Shown here: positions 1-7,456 of the stretch, one piece after another
Layout of the letters: each line of letters opens with the position of its first letter
Numbering within the stretch: position 1 is the first letter of the stretch
NCBI GenBank assembly: GCA_964431555.1
Contig: CAYSJW010000019.1
Coordinates: forward strand, 1-40,654
Source of the DNA: an uncultured Gammaproteobacteria bacterium
GTDB lineage: Bacteria > Patescibacteriota > Microgenomatia > UBA8517
Direction of reading: 5' to 3'
DNA length: 40,654 nt
The notes under the pieces: model-generated
The model's database searches: none
Told to the model about the DNA's origin: nothing
Seen by the model: only the letters and a program-made list of their open reading frames with translations
Made by a program: the position numbers and the translations under genes

Positions 1-137
1 CTTGTTTGAGCACCAGATGATCTTAAAATTACAATTTCATCTCTTTCCCAATCTTGTAATTTACTGTGTTTAATACTTTCTCACCCCCTTTGAAGCTAAA
101 TATTTTACTACTTAGGGGTTGCGATTGGATCTAGAAC
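1..137 (-). mobile_element. Possible left end of an IS30-family element (terminal-repeat-like sequence plus truncated HTH N-terminus), running off the window
   Basis: Minus frame from 74 reads IKHSKLQDWERDEIVILRSSGAQT, resembling IS30 transposase N-terminal HTH starts. It follows an SD-like AAGGGGGTGA (+81-90). ggggttgcgattggatctagaac (115-137) resembles IS30-type ends. Start is ATT, not ATG, and only 24 codons are visible. Confidence 0.3.
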
Positions 138-189
138 TTATGTAAATTCTAATAAAACCAGAAAAATGATAAACTAAATTATCACTGTA

Positions 190-1293
190 ATGATATCGTA
201 TAAAAATTTACACAAAATAGGCAAATTAAAATTGTGGCAAAAGTATTGCCAAATCCAACTTATAAAACATCCACTTAGTTATCTTTTTTGGGAATGTACT
301 TTAAGATGTAATCTCAACTGCCGGCATTGTGGAAGTTCTTGCGGCCCAGAAAGAGTTAGCAAAGAAGAACTCTCCACTGAAGAAATAAAAAATGCTTTTC
401 GCACAGTTGCAGAGGATTTCAACCCCAAAAAAATAACTATCGCAGTGACTGGCGGAGAACCACTTCTAAGAAAGGATATTTTTGAAGTAATGAGATATGC
501 CAGTGAACTAGGTTTCTCCTGGGGAATGGTAACCAATGGCACCTTAATCACTCCCGAAATTGTCAATCAAATGCGTAAAGCAAAAATATCCACAGTTTCT
601 GTGAGTTTAGATGGTTTGGAAAATAGCCACAATTGGCTTAGGAAAAATAAAAGTGCCTTTAAACGAACGGTTGATGGAATTAAATTACTAGTATCATCCA
701 AAAGTTTTAACGCGATTGAAATTATTTCGTGCATTAATCAAGTCAATTTTGAAGAATTAAAATTAATTTACCAAATGTGTAAAAATTTAGGAGTAGACAA
801 ACTGCGAATATCCACCATTTCCCCTATAGGCAGAGCAAAAGGTAATTCCAAACTTTTCTTGAATGGCAATCAATTACTTTACTTACTAAAATACATTAAG
901 AATAAACGCAAAAAAAAGAATAAACCAGAAGTGAGTTTCTGTGATGAAGGCTTTTTAGGCCTAGAATATGAGGGGGAAGTGAGAGATCAATTATTCTTTT
1001 GCTGGGCAGGAATTAGAGTGGGAAGTATACTCTATAATGGAGACATAGCTGCTTGTCCTAATTTATCCCGAGAACATACCCGACAGGGTAATGTGAGACA
1101 AGACAGATTTTCTGAAATTTGGAAAAAAAAATATGAATTGTTTCGCAATAGAAACTGGCGGAAATGCGGTTACTGCAAGAATTGCACGTGGTGGGAATTT
1201 TGCGAAGGTAATAGTATACATTTATGGAATTTTGAATCTAACCAACCAACATTGTGTAATTATAATTTAATTAACCGAAAAAAATCTAAATAA
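190..1293 (+). CDS. Radical SAM/SPASM-domain protein, putative peptide/protein maturase (resembles the rSAM/lipoprotein-system family; splicease candidate)
   Basis: CNLNCRHC (CxxxCxxC) within FWECTLRC, TGGEPLLR, VTNG, SVSLDG; C-terminal SPASM cysteines CWAG...GDIAACP...CGYCKNC...FCEG...LCNY. Confidence 0.9.
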   Translation: MISYKNLHKIGKLKLWQKYCQIQLIKHPLSYLFWECTLRCNLNCRHCGSSCGPERVSKEELSTEEIKNAFRTVAEDFNPKKITIAVTGGEPLLRKDIFEVMRYASELGFSWGMVTNGTLITPEIVNQMRKAKISTVSVSLDGLENSHNWLRKNKSAFKRTVDGIKLLVSSKSFNAIEIISCINQVNFEELKLIYQMCKNLGVDKLRISTISPIGRAKGNSKLFLNGNQLLYLLKYIKNKRKKKNKPEVSFCDEGFLGLEYEGEVRDQLFFCWAGIRVGSILYNGDIAACPNLSREHTRQGNVRQDRFSEIWKKKYELFRNRNWRKCGYCKNCTWWEFCEGNSIHLWNFESNQPTLCNYNLINRKKSK

Positions 1294-1300
1294 AAAAATT

Positions 1301-1609
1301 ATGCGAAAAAAAACAACTTCCAGGATAATAAAAGGTTTAAAAAAATTATGCAGTACTTTTTGGTATATTTCACTTTATTTAATATTTGTACTAACATTTG
1401 CAAAAGAAACCAAGGCTAAAATAACACCCGCATATGGAATTCAACCTCCCAAACCTAAAGAAACACTATTAAAGTCTCTTTCATTTATCATCATTTTGCC
1501 TATTCTCCTAGTCATTTCTTTACTGGTTGGATTAATCTGGTACAAAAAAAAGCAAAAGAATAAAAAGATTTTTAGGATCAAAAAAACTTCCAAACCCAAG
1601 CTGCCCTAA
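1301..1609 (+). CDS. Small membrane-anchored protein with signal-peptide-like N-terminus and PAYG motif; candidate substrate of the upstream rSAM enzyme
   Basis: Starts 7 nt after the rSAM stop. Basic N-terminus, hydrophobic segment ending ETKA, then KITPAYGIQPPKP, a second hydrophobic helix (FIIILPILLVISLLVGLIWY) and a Lys-rich tail. Confidence 0.7.
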   Translation: MRKKTTSRIIKGLKKLCSTFWYISLYLIFVLTFAKETKAKITPAYGIQPPKPKETLLKSLSFIIILPILLVISLLVGLIWYKKKQKNKKIFRIKKTSKPKLP

Positions 1610-1934
1610 TTTCACTTCCATTCTAAAATCACCACCCACTCTCCGGACAATGATTCTCAAACTTTCAATAAACTCATCCCTCAATTTTTCTTCCTCCTGA
1701 GATCTTCCACCATTAAATTCCATCGTTTCCATCTTATAGTAATTTTGAAAAACTTCTACCAAAATATAAACAAAATCAAACAACTATAATCTTGGACCTT
1801 ACGAAAAAGTTATACAACACTATTCAACCTACAGACTAAAGCCTATATTTTAATGCCTGGTGAAAATTTTACGTAGTAAATAATCAAAATTTTATATGAG
1901 AAAAGTTGTTCAAAAAGTGGCTTAAGGTAAAAGG

Positions 1935-2008
1935 TGCCAGCGACTGGGATTGAACCAGTGACCTTGGCGTTATGAATGCCACGCTCTAACCAACTGAGCT
2001 ACGCTGGC
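1935..2008 (-). tRNA. tRNA-Met(CAU), probably elongator
   Basis: Reverse complement folds GCCAGCG-TA-GCTC..GAGC-G-TGGCA-TTCATAA-CGCCA-AGGTC-ACTGG-TTCAATC-CCAGT-CGCTGGC-A. G1-C72 paired; CCA not fully encoded. Confidence 0.93.
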
Positions 2009-2155
2009 GTATAAGTATTTTAGCAATTCTCAAATAAAAAACCAAGCAAGTACTTTAGTATTTAGGGATTAAATCCAGCATTTTTTTTATTTTGGGTTTT
2101 GAAATTTGTTTAGTATTTAGATTGAAACTTATGATCTTTTACTTACCTTAGTTTA

Positions 2156-2164
2156 TGATATAAT
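2156..2164 (+). promoter_or_regulatory. Extended -10 promoter (TGnTATAAT) for the tRNA at 2181
   Basis: tgatataat ends 16 nt before the tRNA 5' end. Confidence 0.5.
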
Positions 2165-2180
2165 TTACCTTACCCAGACA

Positions 2181-2250
2181 TGCGGGGTAGTGTACGGCTG
2201 CACGGAAGGCTCATAATCTTCCAGATCAGGTTCAACTCCTGACCCCGCAA
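2181..2250 (+). tRNA. tRNA-Met(CAU), initiator-like acceptor stem, atypical
   Basis: TGCGGGG-TA-GTGT-ACGGCT-GCAC-G-GAAGG-CTCATAA-TCTTC-CAGA-TCAGG-TTCAACT-CCTGA-CCCCGCA-A. GCGGGG/CCCCGC acceptor as in tRNA-fMet. Confidence 0.88.
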
Positions 2251-2386
2251 CAAGTTTTTTATAAAATTAACCCCTTAGTTCATTTAAGCAACTCTAAACA
2301 AAGCTTTTTTGGTGTCTCTGGGTAAAATTACTTTCTCGCGTCTTAGTTTTTTTTAACTAAATGTTTTAGCTAATTTAGATTAAATT

Positions 2387-2785
2387 CTAAAAACCAAACA
2401 ATCTCATCCACTTTTTCCAACTCGGGTCAGGTAATAACTCCTCTTCTTCATCCATACGAGGGGCAAATTTTCTAACTTCCTCCTTATCGGGCAAAATAAT
2501 AACTATATCACCATCCTTTGCCATGCCCAGATTATCCCGTAGTTGTTTTTCTATATACTCTTCTGATTTAACAATTTCCAGATCTTTTTCTAATTTATTT
2601 TTCTCTTTTTCCAATTTAGTAATTTTTTCTTTCGTCTTATTAATACTCAAATTGGCCTTTTTTAGCTTCGAAATTCTGCCAACTAAGGACATCGTGAGAA
2701 AAATAAATAAACCGAGACTTACTATCAATGAAATTTTAGAAGAAATATTTTTCCTATTATCTTGTTTATTATTGAGTATTTTCAT
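2387..2785 (-). CDS. ftsB: Septum formation initiator FtsB/DivIC family protein
   Basis: One TM helix, coiled coil, then EYIEKQLRDNLGMAKDGDIV matching the FtsB/DivIC IE..AR..LG....GE motif. Confidence 0.8.
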   Translation of the reverse strand: MKILNNKQDNRKNISSKISLIVSLGLFIFLTMSLVGRISKLKKANLSINKTKEKITKLEKEKNKLEKDLEIVKSEEYIEKQLRDNLGMAKDGDIVIILPDKEEVRKFAPRMDEEEELLPDPSWKKWMRLFGF

Positions 2786-2796
2786 AAATAAATAAT

Positions 2797-2826
2797 TTGA
2801 CCTTTTTTAAAAAACTATGTTATCAT
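2797..2826 (+). promoter_or_regulatory. Sigma70-like promoter for the recombinase gene
   Basis: ttgacc (2797-2802), 18-nt spacer ending in tg-t, tatcat (2821-2826). Confidence 0.4.
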
Positions 2827-2875
2827 TGCAACTGCTTAAACGCGAGAAAAAACTCGCTAAATATCAATCAATAAT

Positions 2876-3739
2876 ATGACGGAGGAAATTCTTAAAAATC
2901 TGCTCTCTAATTTTATAACCAACCTTAAAGAAAAACAAAGGTCTCCCTCAACAATACTTGCCTACCGGGCTGACCTAGAACAACTTTTGACATTTCTAGA
3001 AAAAAGACAAAAAATCTTTGCCAGTCAAGTAGTTGAAAGCGACATAGAAGCTTTTAGAGATTCACTTTTAAATGAAAAGTACACTCCAAAAAGTGTATCA
3101 AGAAAATTAAATGCGATAAAAACATTCTTCAGGTACCTTATTGCCGAAAAGCACACCATGAGAGACCCTTCAGAAAATGTTTCCCATCCAAAAATAGAAT
3201 CGAACCAACCAAAATACCTCAGTCCTTTAGAATATAGAGTTCTGAGAGACGTTGTTAGAGAAGACGTAAAAATCGCCACAATTATCGAACTAATCTTACA
3301 AACAGGAATGAGAATATCAGAAGTAGCAAGTTTAAAACTTGAAAATATAAAAAGAGATGGAATAAAAATTGAAGCCTATGCAACACAACCGGAAAGAAAT
3401 ATCAAACTCAACCAGCCCGCCAGAAAGGCCTTACAAGAATATTTAGAACAAAGACCAAAGACAGATTCTCCATATGTCTTTGTAAGTAAAAATGGTAGAC
3501 CTCTAGCGATCAGAAATATCCGTTCTGCAATAGATAGATATTTCAAAAAAGCTGATATTGGCGAGTATTCTGTAAATGACTTAAGAACCACATTTATAGT
3601 GGAGAACCTGAAAAGTGGTGTTAATCTTATGCTCATTTCACATACAGTAGGTCATAAAAGACTTTCGACAACAGAACGTTATCTTAGTCTCGCGGGAATT
3701 AAAGTACCTGGCAGGAAACAAAGATTAATTGAACTTTAG
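2876..3739 (+). CDS. Tyrosine recombinase, XerC/XerD family
   Basis: N-terminal SPSTILAYRADL / SVSRKLNAIKTFF; catalytic TGMRISE, NDLR (normally HxLR), VGH, TTERY. Confidence 0.9.
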   Translation: MTEEILKNLLSNFITNLKEKQRSPSTILAYRADLEQLLTFLEKRQKIFASQVVESDIEAFRDSLLNEKYTPKSVSRKLNAIKTFFRYLIAEKHTMRDPSENVSHPKIESNQPKYLSPLEYRVLRDVVREDVKIATIIELILQTGMRISEVASLKLENIKRDGIKIEAYATQPERNIKLNQPARKALQEYLEQRPKTDSPYVFVSKNGRPLAIRNIRSAIDRYFKKADIGEYSVNDLRTTFIVENLKSGVNLMLISHTVGHKRLSTTERYLSLAGIKVPGRKQRLIEL

Positions 3740-3927
3740 TCCTCATCTTAAAATATTCCCAATAAAAGCTAACCAACCAAAAAGGTACTTTATTTCAACC
3801 TGTAAATTCTTGCTTTGCAAAATTTAAAAAATCGAAAACTATAAAAAGCTTCAATTTGAAGATATCTTACACATTAGAAAATTTAAACTTTAAAACTGTA
3901 AAAATATTTTAAAAATAAATAAAAAAG

Positions 3928-4000
3928 TGGTCCGGGATGGATTCGAACCATCGACTTCCATTTTATAAGAATGGCACTCTAACCGCTGAGTTACCGGACC
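3928..4000 (-). tRNA. tRNA-Ile(UAU)
   Basis: Reverse complement GGTCCGG-TA-ACTC-AGCGGTTA-GAGT-G-CCATT-CTTATAA-AATGG-AAGTC-GATGG-TTCGAAT-CCATC-CCGGACC-A. All stems perfect; anticodon TAT at +3965-3967. Confidence 0.93.
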
Positions 4001-4096
4001 TAAAAATTATTATTGCAAAAATAAAATCAGACTAACTATATTATAGCAAAGCCAAACTTGAATCACTACACAATTTTCTAACAAATCCAATTCATC

Positions 4097-6424
4097 TCAA
4101 AGCTTGGCACGAGTCATAATTTCATTTTCAACCAATCTTACATCCCTCCCGTATTTTAGCCTGCTCATCTCCTTGATTATCTGCGCGACTTTAGGATTTT
4201 TCATTTTCTTCCATTCTTCAATATCTTTTGCCACACTCATAGAAAAAGGAGGGACTGTCTCATTATTGACAATTGTTTTTACATAGATATGATATTTTTC
4301 AATATTTAAAAGATCATCCTCAGAAAATGTAGGGGCGAATTCTCTCGCCAAATAGTTGGCATCCGAAACCCCAACACGATAACACATTAGAGTTCCGATG
4401 TTACCAAAAATTGCGTTTTTTACCTCTTCATCAATCTGACCTATAAACTGATTGGCAACACACAAAGCAAGTCTAAACTTTCTTGCTTCGGACAAAATCT
4501 GAGCAAAATCCGGTGTAGCAAAATTCTGAAACTCATCTACATAAAGAAAAAAGTCACGTCGTTGATCTTCTGGAGTGTCTGCTCTACTCATAGCGGCAAT
4601 CAAAATTCTTGGAACCATAATTAAACCCAAGAAGCTTGAATTTTCTTCACCCAACTCCCCTTTGGACAAATTCATAAAGAGAATCTTACCCTGATCCATA
4701 ACCTCCCTAAAAGAAAATGATGATTTAGACTGGCCAATAATATTTCTTATCATCTTATTAGTGACAAAACGCCCAAACTTGGAGACTATATAATCCAACA
4801 CTTCAGACTTATGAAAATCCGAAGTTTGAGCTATCTGATCAGTCCAATAACGACGGACGATTGGGTCCTGAACCTTGGGAAGAAGCTCCTGAACATATTT
4901 TGAATCAGTTAAAGTTCTCATTACCTCTATGAAGGTATTACCTTCTTCACTCATAACCGTTAACATCGCGTTTCTTACCGCATGTTCAAAACGCGGACCG
5001 ACAATACCAGTTTTATAAGGATCAAAGAGTTTATACATCATATTAATAACCGCCGTTGCAGCAAAGTGCTTCTGGTCTTCAGTCTTAGCCTCCAATAAAT
5101 TCATACCCATAGGCCTTTCTGTATCAAATGGATTAAAATAAATCACATCTTCCGCTCTTTCAGGAGGTACCAACTCCAAAAGTTCTTCAACAGCATCTCC
5201 ATGAGGATCAATAAAACAAAGTCCCTTTCCGCTTTTCATATCTTGAAGAATCCAATCCTCCAAAAGCTTTGATTTACCCGTACCGGTTTTACCAATGAGA
5301 TACATATGCCTCATTCTGTCCTCATCAGAAATGTAAACTCCCCTTTCAACTCCCCTATAAATACTCTTTCCCATAAAAAGTCCCTCTGTGGGTATTTCCG
5401 CCGGGGCAGGTGCCCGCCTTGCATGAACCCAAAAGATATGAGGAGTGGTTATCAGCTTATTAGGAAAGTGAAAAATGGTTGCCAATTCTTCTGAATTAAG
5501 AATTGAAATTCTGTTTCCGAATATGTTAAACATAGGATGATACCTATATAGAAAATCTTCAACAAAAGCCCCTTTTCTTCTAATTTTTCGGGAAGTAAAT
5601 CCATTAAGATCACCGGAAAACTGCTCAAAAGCACTCATTATATTGGTTAAATGAGCGCTAGCTGAATGTTCATCGGAAGAAACACAAACTATCCTTATTG
5701 TGGTTTCAAATCCCGGCTTGGAAACTTTGTTTTCTATTGCTTCTAAAGTTTTTGCACCAACAGAAAACTTTGCCTTTTCGGGGTCAGATTCTTGTTTTTT
5801 AGTTGTCGAAATAAACGAGGAGCCTTCTTTTTGCCAACTACTTTCAGCTGGGGAAATTAAAACCTGTACCGCGGCAGATTCATTTTCCCCCATCTTGGCA
5901 AGAGCAGAGGTCAAAAGCGACAAAGGATCTGTGGGAAGCTCTTTAAATGTCTTAATAGGATAATAATTTTCTTTTCTCAACTGAAGCGATTTATAGGCAA
6001 CTTTGCCATCTTCCGTAAAAAGATTATATTCCGGAACCTCCTGAATGTCTGCGTCAGGATATACACCATGAATTTGCTTCTCTATAAGATCTTGAAACTC
6101 TCTTGGCGTCCAAACATAAAACCTAATATCTTCCTTCTTGGCAACGATCTCAAAGGAAACAACCGGCTGGCTTTTATACTTTTGTTTCCAACCCCCTTTC
6201 TTTATAGAATATAAAGCCGAAAAAAACTGCTCCATGGCATCTATCTTAATTTCATTATTTTTAGGGACCGCAACCTGAAGCAAAACCGAATCCAGAGATT
6301 TTTCTTCTCTATCCAAACTTTTCAACCTACTCCACAAAAAAACAACAACTCCAACAGAAATCAACAAAAAAATGCCAAATAAAAAAACCGTTAAAAAAAA
6401 TATCGTTAAATCAAAAGGAACCAT
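4097..6424 (-). CDS. VirD4/TraG/TraD-like (HerA/FtsK-superfamily) membrane-anchored ATPase
   Basis: N-terminal TM helix; RHMYLIGKTGTGKS (Walker A), FIDPHGD, LYVDEFQNF (Walker B), LSEARKF, ANQFIGQ, AIFGNIGT. Confidence 0.88.
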   Translation of the reverse strand: MVPFDLTIFFLTVFLFGIFLLISVGVVVFLWSRLKSLDREEKSLDSVLLQVAVPKNNEIKIDAMEQFFSALYSIKKGGWKQKYKSQPVVSFEIVAKKEDIRFYVWTPREFQDLIEKQIHGVYPDADIQEVPEYNLFTEDGKVAYKSLQLRKENYYPIKTFKELPTDPLSLLTSALAKMGENESAAVQVLISPAESSWQKEGSSFISTTKKQESDPEKAKFSVGAKTLEAIENKVSKPGFETTIRIVCVSSDEHSASAHLTNIMSAFEQFSGDLNGFTSRKIRRKGAFVEDFLYRYHPMFNIFGNRISILNSEELATIFHFPNKLITTPHIFWVHARRAPAPAEIPTEGLFMGKSIYRGVERGVYISDEDRMRHMYLIGKTGTGKSKLLEDWILQDMKSGKGLCFIDPHGDAVEELLELVPPERAEDVIYFNPFDTERPMGMNLLEAKTEDQKHFAATAVINMMYKLFDPYKTGIVGPRFEHAVRNAMLTVMSEEGNTFIEVMRTLTDSKYVQELLPKVQDPIVRRYWTDQIAQTSDFHKSEVLDYIVSKFGRFVTNKMIRNIIGQSKSSFSFREVMDQGKILFMNLSKGELGEENSSFLGLIMVPRILIAAMSRADTPEDQRRDFFLYVDEFQNFATPDFAQILSEARKFRLALCVANQFIGQIDEEVKNAIFGNIGTLMCYRVGVSDANYLAREFAPTFSEDDLLNIEKYHIYVKTIVNNETVPPFSMSVAKDIEEWKKMKNPKVAQIIKEMSRLKYGRDVRLVENEIMTRAKL

Positions 6425-6430
6425 AATTTT

Positions 6431-6781
6431 CTATTTTCCTCCTTTGGTAATTATTCTCCAACCAAAATGGATAGCTTTCTTTATCATCCTCAACCAAAAA
6501 AAAGCAAACCAAGTTAAAGATTCATCAGGAGAACCCTTTGACCAATCCTCCAATTGCTCACCAGAGGCGGGTATAGTAATTGTAATTACCTTTGGAGTAG
6601 GAATTTGAATAGGTGCAGCCTGTTTATCATCACCAACTTGAGTTTTTACTGGAAATTGCGTCGAAACAATTCCCTGCCCCTGTAAAGAGGGGGTAACTTC
6701 AATTTTTTCATCAGAAACCTCTTTTTTGCCATTTTCCTGTCCTTGAATAGTTGGTTTTTCAATTTCTGGTGTTACTGTCAT
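6431..6781 (-). CDS. Hypothetical protein, probably co-transcribed with the VirD4-like ATPase
   Basis: 116 aa with SD-like GGGGGAG upstream. Disordered N-terminus and Trp-rich amphipathic C-terminus (SLTWFAFFWLRMIKKA); ends 6 nt before the ATPase start. Confidence 0.7.
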   Translation of the reverse strand: MTVTPEIEKPTIQGQENGKKEVSDEKIEVTPSLQGQGIVSTQFPVKTQVGDDKQAAPIQIPTPKVITITIPASGEQLEDWSKGSPDESLTWFAFFWLRMIKKAIHFGWRIITKGGK

Positions 6782-6833
6782 ATAAACTCCCCCACTAAAT
6801 CATTTTAACGTATGTTAGATTAATTTCCAGAAG

Positions 6834-7388
6834 CTAAAGTTTCTTTGTATCCAAACTGCTCCAAGTTTCTTCTTTTATACCTATTTTATGGTTAACATAC
6901 CTTGCCAACACAAACAGATAATCAGACAAACGATTCATATAGACTAAAATTTGAGGGTTAAATTTTTCCTTTCTGTAAAGAGAAACAACCTCTCTTTCAG
7001 CTCTTCTTGCAATCGAGCGGGAAAAATGTAAATACGAAGAAAAAATACTTCCCCCTGGCAAGATAAAATTTGATATTCTAGTCAATCCAGCTTCGATGCT
7101 ATCTATCCTATTCTCCATTTTTTTTACTTCGGACGAACTAAATTTAATTTTAGCCCCGGCAATGATCGAGCCTATTCTAAAAAGATTTCTTTGAATTTCT
7201 TTAAGATTTACACTGACTTCCGGAAAATTAGAAAACGAAATAGCCAATCCCAAAAGACTATTCAACTCATCAATTGAACCTAAAACGTTTATTTTTAAGA
7301 CATCTTTTGGAACTCGACATTTCAAATTAGGTTTTTCAGTGTAAAGGCTGGTCATACCTTTATCTCCCTTTTTTGTATAAATTGACAT
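6834..7388 (-). CDS. pduO: ATP:cob(I)alamin adenosyltransferase, PduO type
   Basis: IYTKKGDKGMT, GSIDELNS, FILPGG, RSIARRAER, YMNRLSDYLF signature motifs. Confidence 0.93.
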   Translation of the reverse strand: MSIYTKKGDKGMTSLYTEKPNLKCRVPKDVLKINVLGSIDELNSLLGLAISFSNFPEVSVNLKEIQRNLFRIGSIIAGAKIKFSSSEVKKMENRIDSIEAGLTRISNFILPGGSIFSSYLHFSRSIARRAEREVVSLYRKEKFNPQILVYMNRLSDYLFVLARYVNHKIGIKEETWSSLDTKKL

Positions 7389-7456
7389 ATTTATTTAATA
7401 ATTTACAACTGAATCTCAAATTCTAACAAATTTATTATACAGAAGAGGTATTTTTA

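Noticed and set aside
1532-1783. 83-aa minus-strand ORF
   Set aside because: Overlaps the 3' end of the better-supported 1301-1609 gene by 78 nt and has no recognisable motif. A short real gene from METMEF cannot be excluded.
1935-6424. tRNAs + tyrosine recombinase + VirD4-like ATPase read as an integrative conjugative element
   Set aside because: No duplicated tRNA 3' end (att site), relaxase or VirB4 seen; ftsB lies inside, and the recombinase is Xer-sized.
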